DNA of 64,000 nucleotides from an uncultured Pseudomonadales bacterium (GTDB lineage Bacteria; Patescibacteriota; Microgenomatia; UBA1400; UBA12028): NCBI GenBank assembly GCA_964509365.1, contig CAZDWN010000003.1, positions 134,412 to 198,411 of the forward strand, read 5' to 3'. Shown piece by piece: positions 55,857 to 64,000 of this stretch (position 1 is its first letter; each line of letters starts with the position of its first letter). The notes under the pieces were generated by a model. It saw only the letters and a program-made list of their open reading frames with translations, ran no database searches and was not told where the DNA came from. The position numbers and the translations under genes were made by a program.

Positions 55857-57065
55857 ATGTATCGACGATTCATTCGCATCATCGTATGCCTTCTTATCGT
55901 AGGACTGCTTAGTCCCTTGCGAGCGATTGCGGCGGAAGTCGATACCTCGAACCCAGAGTATCAGAAAAAACTCCAGGAGATCCAAGCGCTCAAAGATAAG
56001 ATCTCCCAAGTACAAGGAGAAGCAAAAACGCTCTCTTCAGCGATCTCGTATTTGTCAAACAAAAAGGATCTCACTCAAAAGCAAATTGATGCGACGCAGT
56101 TTCAGATCACATTACTCAATCGAGACGTGACATCTCTTTCCGGGAAGATCACGACGCTCGAATCATCCCTGGACGCGCATGTACAGGCATTGATCACTGA
56201 TGTCCAGGTGGGCTACAAGACTCCAGAAGTCAATCCGTTCCAATTGGTGTTGTCATCAAAATCATTTACTGACTATCAGACGCGCGCTCGATATCTTGAG
56301 CTTGCGACCGCACAACACGGACAAATGCTGAAGAAAGCGACGGAAGTCAAAATGGACTACGACTCGCAAAAAGCCGAAAAAGAAAATAAACAAAAGCAAG
56401 TCGCGACGCTGCAGGTAAAACTCACGGCGCAACAGAAAGATTTGATTGTCCAAGAGCAAGCAAAGCAAAAGTTACTTCAGGATACGAAAAATAGTGAGAG
56501 CACGTATCAAAAGTTACTCTCGCAAGCGCAAGAGCAGTTGGCGAGCTTTTCACGATTTGCCGAAGCGGCAGGAGGATCATCGCTCCTCTCAAATCAAACC
56601 AGTTGTGATGATTGGGGCTGCTATTATAACCAGCGAGACACGTTGTGGGGCGCATTGGCGCTCAATGGGACAAAATACTCAATCGCAAGTGATGGTTGTC
56701 TGGTCACCTCAATGGCGATGATCTTGACGCACTATGGCCACAAAGGTGTGACCCCAATCTCAATAAATGCGAATTCAAACAATTTTGCTTCGTATTATCC
56801 TGCCTATCTTCTCAATACTATTTATGTCGATGGAGTGAGCGCACAGCGTGTATCGGCGTCAATTGACGGCGTACTTGCGACTGGAAATCCAGTGGTGGTC
56901 GGACTCCGGGCGTATGGTGGGACACATTTCGTCGTCTTGAAGAGTGGAAGTGGTGGCAAATATGTGATGCGGGACCCTTATATTCCAAATGGAAAAGATA
57001 TAGCATTTACTGATCACTACGCGGTCAGGAATATTTACGAGATCCACAAAGTGATTATCAACTAG
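55857..57065 (+). CDS. coiled-coil protein with C-terminal papain-like cysteine peptidase domain (C39-like/CHAP-like); candidate FtsEX-controlled peptidoglycan hydrolase (PcsB/CwlO analog)
   Basis: Signal peptide; about 230 aa of heptad-rich Gln/Lys/Leu coiled coil; C-terminal domain with Cys (DGCLVTSMAMIL) and a downstream His (GTHFVVLK). Position directly after ftsEX. Confidence 0.5.
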   Translation: MYRRFIRIIVCLLIVGLLSPLRAIAAEVDTSNPEYQKKLQEIQALKDKISQVQGEAKTLSSAISYLSNKKDLTQKQIDATQFQITLLNRDVTSLSGKITTLESSLDAHVQALITDVQVGYKTPEVNPFQLVLSSKSFTDYQTRARYLELATAQHGQMLKKATEVKMDYDSQKAEKENKQKQVATLQVKLTAQQKDLIVQEQAKQKLLQDTKNSESTYQKLLSQAQEQLASFSRFAEAAGGSSLLSNQTSCDDWGCYYNQRDTLWGALALNGTKYSIASDGCLVTSMAMILTHYGHKGVTPISINANSNNFASYYPAYLLNTIYVDGVSAQRVSASIDGVLATGNPVVVGLRAYGGTHFVVLKSGSGGKYVMRDPYIPNGKDIAFTDHYAVRNIYEIHKVIIN

Positions 57066-57071
57066 ATTGTT

Positions 57072-58340
57072 ATGCGTACTGGTCTCTGGTGCGGAGCGTG
57101 CGGCTTATTTCTTCTCATGGCGACATTTGTGCATGCGCAGTCGCCGACGGCTCCTGCCGGGGTGTTGATCACTCTTTCTGAAGTTTCTGCGTGCAATTCT
57201 GGCGGTGATTGGATAGAAATTTACAATCCAAATGATACGGTCGTCGATTTGGCTGGATGGAAGATCGGAAAAAATAAGACAGGGATTGCATCAATGTCAG
57301 GGATGATAGCCGCGAAATCCTATAAGAAGATAGACTTTCCTCCAAGTTTTGCGAACTCCGGTTTTGCGGTTACGTTGCTCGAGCCACAGACCACAGATCC
57401 GATTGAGACTTTTCCCACTGTATATAAATCGGACAAATCTGATGCGTCCTTGCAGCAATGCCCTTCGACTACTGTCCCCACCTCATGGATCAAAGAAGGG
57501 GAAGACTGGAAATTGACTACCACACTGACACCCGAATCCGCCAATAGCTTGGCACAGCCACCGACAGCTACCCCAACTACATCGCCTACAGTTAGTGCGA
57601 CTCCTCGGCCATCAGCTACTCCGACTCCCACTCCAAAAATCGAAGTACCTGTATCGGCCACTCCAGGAGTGCAACCGACTTCAATTTTTCTCTCGGAGCT
57701 GTATGCATGTCAAAATGATGGTGAGAAAGAGTGGGTAGAACTTCATTCCACAAATTCGAGTGCCGTCACGCTGACAGATTGGAAACTTGCCGATGATGAC
57801 CACAATGAGCAGCCAATTCAAACGCTTTCCATGCCATCCAATGGATATGCGGTCGTCGAGATCACGAAGTATACAAACGGGATGCTGACCAATGCCGGTG
57901 ATGTCGTCAATCTCATCGATGGATTGGGAAAAGTCGTGGACACAGCCAGTTACAAAAACTGTACCAAAGGAAAGTCTGTAGCAAAGCTGGGATCCGAGTG
58001 GAGTGAAACTGACACTGCGAGCCGAGGTGTGGCAAATCCGATGAAAAAAAGCTCCCCTTCGCCTCAGCCGGTTTCGTCTGGAGATGGAGGCGATATCCGC
58101 TTGGCTTCCAGTGAGAATACGGAGGAATCGAGTCCGAGTGGATTTGTACTGGGCAGCCAAACCGAAGAGGGCGAACCTCAACCCAGCTCAACACCGCTAG
58201 TCTATGCATCCAAATCAAACGATTCGAAGTCAAACTTCATCGCCTATCTCGCAATCGGGGCTGGTATAGTACTACTCGTACTGACATGTGCATATTATGG
58301 ATGGCTGCAGTACAAGAAAGTAAGATTAGTCGACAAGTAG
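57072..58340 (+). CDS. secreted protein with two lamin-tail domains (LTD) and C-terminal TM anchor
   Basis: Two copies of the I(S/T)E(V/L)...GDWIEIYNP...VDLAGWK LTD signature, separated by a Pro/Thr-rich linker. Confidence 0.55.
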   Translation: MRTGLWCGACGLFLLMATFVHAQSPTAPAGVLITLSEVSACNSGGDWIEIYNPNDTVVDLAGWKIGKNKTGIASMSGMIAAKSYKKIDFPPSFANSGFAVTLLEPQTTDPIETFPTVYKSDKSDASLQQCPSTTVPTSWIKEGEDWKLTTTLTPESANSLAQPPTATPTTSPTVSATPRPSATPTPTPKIEVPVSATPGVQPTSIFLSELYACQNDGEKEWVELHSTNSSAVTLTDWKLADDDHNEQPIQTLSMPSNGYAVVEITKYTNGMLTNAGDVVNLIDGLGKVVDTASYKNCTKGKSVAKLGSEWSETDTASRGVANPMKKSSPSPQPVSSGDGGDIRLASSENTEESSPSGFVLGSQTEEGEPQPSSTPLVYASKSNDSKSNFIAYLAIGAGIVLLVLTCAYYGWLQYKKVRLVDK

Positions 58341-58356
58341 ATCAGAAATTCAAACA

Positions 58357-58740
58357 ATGATGAATATAAAAAAATGGCTTCCGGTGATACTTTGGTGTGG
58401 GGTCATTTTCTTTCTCTCGTCGCAGCCGCATTTACCAGGACCTGAAGATAAGACCTGGGATTTTCTATTTAAAAAACTTGGCCACATCTCTGCGTACGGT
58501 ATATTATTTGGACTGACATTCAAAGCGACGAAAAGCGCGAAGAACTCATTAGTTTTTTGCATTCTGTATGCGATGAGCGATGAGTATCATCAAAGCTTTG
58601 TTCCAGGGCGGACGCCGATGCTTCGCGATGTCGGGATTGATATCATCGGCATGTCGCTTGCAGCTTTTGGTGCGAAGCGCTACGATTGGTTCCATGAAAG
58701 CCAAAAGCATGATTCACGTGAGCTTGGATCAGAAAGTTGA
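58357..58740 (+). CDS. VanZ family membrane protein
   Basis: 127 aa with 4 TM helices and the VanZ-like pattern WLPVILWCGVIFFLSSQP...DEYHQSFVPGR. Confidence 0.55.
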   Translation: MMNIKKWLPVILWCGVIFFLSSQPHLPGPEDKTWDFLFKKLGHISAYGILFGLTFKATKSAKNSLVFCILYAMSDEYHQSFVPGRTPMLRDVGIDIIGMSLAAFGAKRYDWFHESQKHDSRELGSES

Positions 58741-59062
58741 TTTGCTTGGGGTTAAAGTTACCAAACTAGACCAAAAAATCGTTCAAGTGGACAACTCAGT
58801 TACCAAGCTAGCGACAGATTTCTTTGCATTCAAGCAAAGCACTTCTGAGAAGTTGGAAAAATTGGACACTATTGCAAGTGACATTGACTTCTTGAAGACG
58901 AATGTTCTCTGGTTAGTGTCTGCTTTCAAAAAGTTTGATGAAGAACATGCTGTGCTAGTGCACCAAGAGGTAGAGGATTCTGTAAACATTGAGAAACTAA
59001 AAACCAGAACTGACAGAATTGAGGACACTTTGAAGCTGCCCAAGATTAAATTTTCTTTTTAA
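58694..59062 (+). CDS. coiled-coil hypothetical protein
   Basis: Internal Met of the track ORF. The true start is uncertain; a TTG at 58742 is possible. Overlaps the VanZ 3' end. Confidence 0.25.
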   Translation: MKAKSMIHVSLDQKVDLLGVKVTKLDQKIVQVDNSVTKLATDFFAFKQSTSEKLEKLDTIASDIDFLKTNVLWLVSAFKKFDEEHAVLVHQEVEDSVNIEKLKTRTDRIEDTLKLPKIKFSF

Positions 59063-59715
59063 ATTTTCTTTTTTTGTTCTGTGCGCCACTTTTCTATCTC
59101 GGCATGGTTTCCTGAAAGCAAGACAATGGGCACTTTCCAGCCGTTGTAGTCTTCGGGTCTCGTGTATTGAGGGTATTCCAGTACTCCAATCTCACTGTGT
59201 GACTCATCATGACTACTCGCATCATCACCGAGGACACCAGGAAGTAATCGGACCACACTGTCGGTGATCACCATCGCTGGGATTTCACCACCGGTGAGGA
59301 CATAGTCTCCGATCCGGATCTCGTCATCAATCAGATGCTCTGCCACTCGCTCATCGACGCCTTCGTAATGTCCGCAAATCAAAATCAGCTCATCGAGGTT
59401 GGCATACTCTTGTGCCTTTGCTTGTGTAAACAATGCGCCTTTGGCCGACAGAAGAACGATCTTTCTTTTCACTGTAGTCTGTAGTCTATCGACTGTCGTC
59501 TCGATCGCTTTTGCGATCGGTTCCACCATCATCACCATCCCTGGTCCGCCTCCGTATGGATGTTGGTCAGTCGTATGATGTTTGTCTTCGGCGAAGTCAC
59601 GGATATTGATGAGATCAATCGATACTTTTTCTTTCTCGATCGCTCGTTTGACGATGCTCTCTGAAAGAGGGCCCGTAAACATTTGAGGAAATAGTGAAAG
59701 AATTGAAATTTTCAT
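59059..59715 (-). CDS. trmD: tRNA (guanine37-N1)-methyltransferase
   Basis: [14 protein letters not shown]-terminus and [14 protein letters not shown] motif. Confidence 0.8.
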   Translation of the reverse strand: MKISILSLFPQMFTGPLSESIVKRAIEKEKVSIDLINIRDFAEDKHHTTDQHPYGGGPGMVMMVEPIAKAIETTVDRLQTTVKRKIVLLSAKGALFTQAKAQEYANLDELILICGHYEGVDERVAEHLIDDEIRIGDYVLTGGEIPAMVITDSVVRLLPGVLGDDASSHDESHSEIGVLEYPQYTRPEDYNGWKVPIVLLSGNHAEIEKWRTEQKKKI

Positions 59716-59721
59716 GATGAA

Positions 59722-60207
59722 TTAATCTCTTTTCGCTTCGATTAAGAGACTGTGGAATTTTTTCCCAACTTCACTGTCATTTCCCATTTTTTCATCCTCA
59801 CGAATGAGATCTTTTATTCTTTCGAGAGCTGTACTTTGTTTTTTCAGCTCAGCCAAATATTCTTGCAACTGCTTTTCTCTTTCGCTGGGATCTCTCTGCA
59901 ATTCCTTCATTTTATCGATAAAGTATTTTGCATTAGTTATTTTTGTAAAAATCGTATCCATCTGTTGGTTTATGAGATTGAAAAGAGGCAACTTCTTTTC
60001 TGGATACGTTTTTACTAGATCTCTAATTCTTTGAATGGACAATTCAGTATATTCATCTCCGCTCTCTTTTCCTTTCTCATCTCCAGCTCGTTTTTCTCTT
60101 TGAGTATCAAAAGATTCGTCAAGAAAGAGTTGCTTTAATCCGGGATGTTCAACTGATGCCGAAAAGTGCCCCCCCGAGAGCTTTAGAGTTTCTGAACTTT
60201 GATCCAT
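59722..60207 (-). CDS. coiled-coil hypothetical protein
   Basis: Glu/Lys-rich; start at the internal MDQSSE. Confidence 0.3.
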   Translation of the reverse strand: MDQSSETLKLSGGHFSASVEHPGLKQLFLDESFDTQREKRAGDEKGKESGDEYTELSIQRIRDLVKTYPEKKLPLFNLINQQMDTIFTKITNAKYFIDKMKELQRDPSEREKQLQEYLAELKKQSTALERIKDLIREDEKMGNDSEVGKKFHSLLIEAKRD

Positions 60208-60257
60208 ATTTCCTCTCCTAAATGACAAAAAGTCGAATACTTGATATAGTTCCCGAT

Positions 60258-61586
60258 ATGCATATTACCATTATCGGCACGGGATTCGTAGGGGTCGTCT
60301 CGGCGGCAGTCTTCGCCAAGCTCGGCAATTCGGTCACTGGGCTCGATATTGACGAAAATCGGATCCTTTCTCTTCAAAAGGGCAAAGTCCCATTTTATGA
60401 ACCAGGCCTGGAGAAACTGCTTATTTCCACTCAGAAAAAGGGAAACTTGACCTTTACTACCTCCTATGAGCAGGCAGTCACCTCAGCTGAACTCATCATG
60501 ATCGCTGTGGGTACTCCCTCGAAGAAAAATGGCGAAGCGGACTTGCGCTACCTCATGGCCAGCGTCGATAGTATGACGCCATTTCTCAAGGAAAATGCCA
60601 TCATCGCCATCAAATCGACGGTACCCCCGGGGACGTGTGACGTCGTGAGCGGGCATATCCACTCGATCTTTAAAGATCAAAAAATCACTCCAAAGAAGTT
60701 TAGTGTCGTCTCTCTCCCGGAATTCCTGAAAGAAGGGACAGCTGTCGAGGATACGCTTCATCCGGATCGAATTCTCATCGGAGCGACTGACAAGTCAGTG
60801 ATCGCCAAACTCAAGAAAGTCCATGCACCGCTCAAAGCTCCCGTCATCGTCATGAGTCCGAAAAGCGCCCAAATGAGCAAATACACTGCAAATGCGTACC
60901 TCGCGACCCGGATCAGTTTCATCAACAACATCGCTGATCTGTGTGAGAAAAATGGTGCCAATGTCACGGAAGTAATCAAAGCGATCGGTGCCGATCCGCG
61001 GATCGGAAGTCACTACTGGTATCCAGGCTTTGGCTATGGGGGCAGCTGTTTTCCGAAAGATGTCAAAGAACTTGCTTCCTATGCCAAAGAAGTGGGATTG
61101 CGGGACAATTTGATGGTGACGCTCGACAAACTCAATGACGAGCGCATCACCAAACTCATGAGTCGATTTGAAGAGCGCGTGGGTGGTTTTAAAAAGAAAA
61201 AAGTTGCACTGTTGGGACTGGCCTTCAAGCCGAATACTGATGACATGCGTGAAGCTGCCAGTACCAAGATCCTCCCGATCCTCCTGGAAGCGGGAGCAGT
61301 CGTCACCGCATATGATCCAATGGCCAATGAAAGTGCCCGGAAGTGGTTTGCGCAATCCGGAGTCGTTGAAAACGCCTCATTTGCGATCGTGAAAAAAGTG
61401 ACCGATGCGGTCAAAGATGCCGATATTGTCTTTGTGATGGTCGAATGGAAAGAGCTTGTCAGTCTGGATCTGAAGAAAATTGCAAAGCTACTTTCAAAGA
61501 AAGCGTACTTCATCGATATCAGGTCTCAATATGCGCGAGACAAAGTCGAAAGCGTTGGGGTATCCTATATAGGAATAGGAGTTTGA
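60258..61586 (+). CDS. ugd: UDP-glucose/GDP-mannose 6-dehydrogenase family (UDP-glucose 6-dehydrogenase-like)
   Basis: MHITIIGTGFVGVVSAAVFA Rossmann N-terminus, catalytic GFGYGGSCFPKDV. Confidence 0.75.
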   Translation: MHITIIGTGFVGVVSAAVFAKLGNSVTGLDIDENRILSLQKGKVPFYEPGLEKLLISTQKKGNLTFTTSYEQAVTSAELIMIAVGTPSKKNGEADLRYLMASVDSMTPFLKENAIIAIKSTVPPGTCDVVSGHIHSIFKDQKITPKKFSVVSLPEFLKEGTAVEDTLHPDRILIGATDKSVIAKLKKVHAPLKAPVIVMSPKSAQMSKYTANAYLATRISFINNIADLCEKNGANVTEVIKAIGADPRIGSHYWYPGFGYGGSCFPKDVKELASYAKEVGLRDNLMVTLDKLNDERITKLMSRFEERVGGFKKKKVALLGLAFKPNTDDMREAASTKILPILLEAGAVVTAYDPMANESARKWFAQSGVVENASFAIVKKVTDAVKDADIVFVMVEWKELVSLDLKKIAKLLSKKAYFIDIRSQYARDKVESVGVSYIGIGV

Positions 61587-61597
61587 TCACTATACCT

Positions 61598-62548
61598 ATG
61601 GATACTTCTCAACCAATACTTGTCACTGGAGGTACGGGATTCGCCGGCTCCCACCTCATCGAAGCCCTTCTCTCGCGTGGATACTCAAACATCTATTCGA
61701 CGACATTCTCGCCAATCGATCCAACTCAATCGCTCTTGCCAGCCGACCATTACATCAAGGTCGACTTGTCAGACGCCAAGGCTACTGAGGATCTGTGCAG
61801 ACAAGTACAACCAGCTTGGATTTTTCATCTCGCATCGTTTGCGTACGTCGGGAAGAGCTTTGAGAAAGCCAAAGAGTTATTTGCAAACAATATCAATCTA
61901 CAACTCAATATGCTTGAGGCGGTCAGATTGACATGTCCGAGTGCACGTATCTTGACGATCGGATCAGCCGAAGAGTACGGAATGGTGGATGCATCGATTC
62001 AGAAAATAGACGAACACGTCGCACTCGCGCCCATCAATCCATATGCAGTCTCAAAAGTGACGCAAGATCTCTTAGCTCATAGCTATTTCCTCTCCTATAA
62101 ACTCAATATAGTCAGAGCTCGACCATTCAATCATATTGGCATCAGGCAAAGTGGCGATTTTGCAATTCCTGCGTTTGCCAAACAAATTGTCGCTATCGAG
62201 CGAGGACAGCAAGCGACGCTGAAAGTGGGTACGTTGACAGCGATAAGAGATTTTACGAGTGTAAAAGACATGGTGAATGCGTACATTCTCTTGATGGAAA
62301 AAGGAACGGTCGGAGAGGTGTACAACATCGGCAGTGGAGTCGGGCTCAAGATGCAGGAAGTACTCGACTCTATGATCAAGCTCTCAACCGTGCCAATCAC
62401 AATCGAAGTCGATCCTACAAGAATCCGTCCGCTTGACTCACCAGGCCTTATTGCGGACAATGGAAAGATACGTTTCTTGGGTTGGAGCCCAACCATAGAT
62501 ATTCACCAAGAGCTAGAGCACGTCATCGAAGATTTGAGAACACAATAG
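61598..62548 (+). CDS. NAD-dependent epimerase/dehydratase (GDP-4-keto-6-deoxy-D-mannose reductase, Rmd-like)
   Basis: [19 protein letters not shown] catalytic YxxxK, RPFNHIG. AGGAG-like RBS. Confidence 0.55.
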   Translation: MDTSQPILVTGGTGFAGSHLIEALLSRGYSNIYSTTFSPIDPTQSLLPADHYIKVDLSDAKATEDLCRQVQPAWIFHLASFAYVGKSFEKAKELFANNINLQLNMLEAVRLTCPSARILTIGSAEEYGMVDASIQKIDEHVALAPINPYAVSKVTQDLLAHSYFLSYKLNIVRARPFNHIGIRQSGDFAIPAFAKQIVAIERGQQATLKVGTLTAIRDFTSVKDMVNAYILLMEKGTVGEVYNIGSGVGLKMQEVLDSMIKLSTVPITIEVDPTRIRPLDSPGLIADNGKIRFLGWSPTIDIHQELEHVIEDLRTQ

Positions 62549-62564
62549 AAAGGTACTACCACGT

Positions 62565-63539
62565 ATGAAGAAAGCATTTATTACAGGAGTCACTGGACAA
62601 GACGGATCGTACTTAGCCGAGCTTTTACTCGAAAAAGGGTACAAAGTCTATGGCATGACTCGTCGCAGTAGTACTCAAAATCATTCACGAATAGAACATA
62701 TTATTCATGAACCGAATTTTGAGCTGGTCTCAGGTGACCTCCTCGATGAACATTCGATCACATCAGCTCTCGCAACGATTCAACCAGATGAGATCTACAA
62801 CTTGGCAGCGCAATCATTTGTCCATGCATCTTGGACGCAACCAGTTCTCACCGGTGAGTTCACCGGTATCGGCGTGACTCGGATGCTTGAAGCCGTCAGA
62901 TACGTGTGTCCGACTGCAAAATTTTACCAAGCAAGCAGTTCTGAGATGTTTGGAAAAGTCCAAGAGGTCCCACAAATAGAATCAACCCCATTTTATCCTC
63001 GATCGCCATATGGAGTCGCAAAGCTTTATGGTCACTGGATCACTGTCAATTATCGAGAGTCATATGATCTGTTCGCGGTATCAGGGATCTTATTCAATCA
63101 TGAATCTCCACGTCGAGGGCTCGAGTTTGTGACTCGAAAGATCGCCAATGGAGTAGCCAGAGTGAAGCTTGGGAAGCAAACCAAAGTGACGCTTGGAAAT
63201 TTGGATGCAAAACGTGATTGGGGATATGCGAAAGATTATGTGGAAGCCATGTGGCTTATGCTTCAGCAAGAGACGGCTGAAGACTTTGTGATCTCGACAG
63301 GTGAAACGCATTCTGTGCGAGAGTTTGTCCAAGAAGCATGCAAGATTGCAGGCATCGAAGACTGGGAGGCGATCATCGAGCATGATTCAAAATATGATCG
63401 ACCGGCAGAAGTCGATTTGTTGATCGGCAACGCTAATAAAGCCAAAGAAAAGCTAGGCTGGGTCCCAAAGACGACATTTACGAATTTAGTTAAAATAATG
63501 GTTGAAGCAGAATTGGAGGCAGAAGCAAAAATTGCTTAA
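62565..63539 (+). CDS. gmd: GDP-mannose 4,6-dehydratase
   Basis: [48 protein letters not shown] are all Gmd hallmarks. Confidence 0.8.
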   Translation: MKKAFITGVTGQDGSYLAELLLEKGYKVYGMTRRSSTQNHSRIEHIIHEPNFELVSGDLLDEHSITSALATIQPDEIYNLAAQSFVHASWTQPVLTGEFTGIGVTRMLEAVRYVCPTAKFYQASSSEMFGKVQEVPQIESTPFYPRSPYGVAKLYGHWITVNYRESYDLFAVSGILFNHESPRRGLEFVTRKIANGVARVKLGKQTKVTLGNLDAKRDWGYAKDYVEAMWLMLQQETAEDFVISTGETHSVREFVQEACKIAGIEDWEAIIEHDSKYDRPAEVDLLIGNANKAKEKLGWVPKTTFTNLVKIMVEAELEAEAKIA

Positions 63540-63545
63540 CCTTCT

Positions 63546-64000
63546 ATGAAGACACAATCTGCGGTCATAATCATCCCGACATACAACGAATCTGAAAACA
63601 TCGCAAAATTGGTCCCAGTGCTCATGGGAGTGTTCCAAAAAATCTCAAATTGGGATATGCATATACTCGTGGTGGACGACAGTAGCCCAGATGGCACAAG
63701 TGACGTCGTCAAAGAGATGATGAAATCGAATGAGAAGCTTCATTTGTTCATCAACAAAAAGAAAGCTGGTCTAGGTGCGGCATACTTGGTCGGCATGCAC
63801 GAAGCTTTTGAACATCTCGGTGCTCAAGTGGCATTTGAAATGGACGCTGATTTCTCTCACGATCCGGAAAAAATTCCTGAATTTCTCAAATCAATCGATG
63901 CCGGTGCAGATATGGTCGTCGGTTCGCGTTACATCAAAGGCGGCTCCATCCCAGCCGACTGGGGTGTCGAGAGGAAATTCTTGAGTGTTGTCGGTAACTG
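63546..64000 (+). CDS. polyprenol-phosphate sugar synthase-like family-2 glycosyltransferase (DPM1-like), partial at window end
   Basis: AVIIIPTYNESENI...ILVVDDSSPDGT...MDADFSHDP...GSRY. Not in the ORF track because it runs off the window. Confidence 0.55.
   Translation, partial: MKTQSAVIIIPTYNESENIAKLVPVLMGVFQKISNWDMHILVVDDSSPDGTSDVVKEMMKSNEKLHLFINKKKAGLGAAYLVGMHEAFEHLGAQVAFEMDADFSHDPEKIPEFLKSIDAGADMVVGSRYIKGGSIPADWGVERKFLSVVGN

Noticed and set aside
1-64000. CRISPR arrays, transposases, integrases, phage structural genes, rRNA genes
   Set aside because: No arrays of regularly spaced direct repeats were found. No DDE/tyrosine/serine recombinase motifs appear in any frame, and there is no rRNA-like sequence. 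The only repeats seen are the duplicated promoter/leader, the 19-nt TTGNCAT repeat pair and the 19-bp inverted repeat, all reported above.

Overview
The window reads as a gene-dense bacterial chromosome segment. Its content looks like a small-genome, cell-envelope-focused lineage, possibly CPR/Patescibacteria-like, but that is inference from gene content only. About 80 coding regions fall into five groups. (1) 4.3-19.6 kb: a same-strand glycan-assembly island with a dual-GT2 fusion synthase, a Wzx-like flippase, three GT2, one GT4, an FkbM methyltransferase, a hexapeptide acetyltransferase and three tandem paralogous GT-C-like membrane proteins, bracketed by two secreted clan GH-A hydrolases. 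(2) 20.0-22.1 kb: a module of small two-TM membrane proteins and a DUF4097-like protein, each behind a near-identical promoter/leader element; one leader carries a 19-bp stem-loop. (3) 22.5-28.5 kb: two adjacent reverse-strand ORFs encoding an extremely cysteine-rich (about 10% Cys), Thr/Ser/Gly-rich, membrane-anchored giant protein. It is probably one gene of about 2,000 aa broken by a 1-nt frame change, and it ends in an unrecognised non-Cys-rich C-terminal domain of about 400 aa. A PEGA/SH3b lipoprotein gene and a tRNA-Cys(GCA) lie immediately upstream on the same strand. (4) 36.7-43.8 kb: a second lipid-linked glycosylation operon with an RmlA-like nucleotidyltransferase, a four-helix-bundle protein, a UbiA-family DPPR-synthase-like prenyl-phosphate phosphoribosyltransferase, an MraY/WecA-like initiating transferase, an ArnT/PMT-like GT-C and a processive GT2. 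(5) 60.2-64 kb: a GDP-sugar module (ugd, Rmd-like reductase, gmd, DPM-synthase-like GT2). Housekeeping genes include gap, pgk, secG, tatD, prfB (no programmed frameshift), ftsE/ftsX followed by a coiled-coil cysteine-peptidase-like hydrolase, trmD, HU, an RRM RNA-binding protein, cyclophilin and a polyprenyl synthetase. No CRISPR array, transposase, integrase or rRNA was seen. All calls rest on reading the translations and the DNA by eye; no searches were run.
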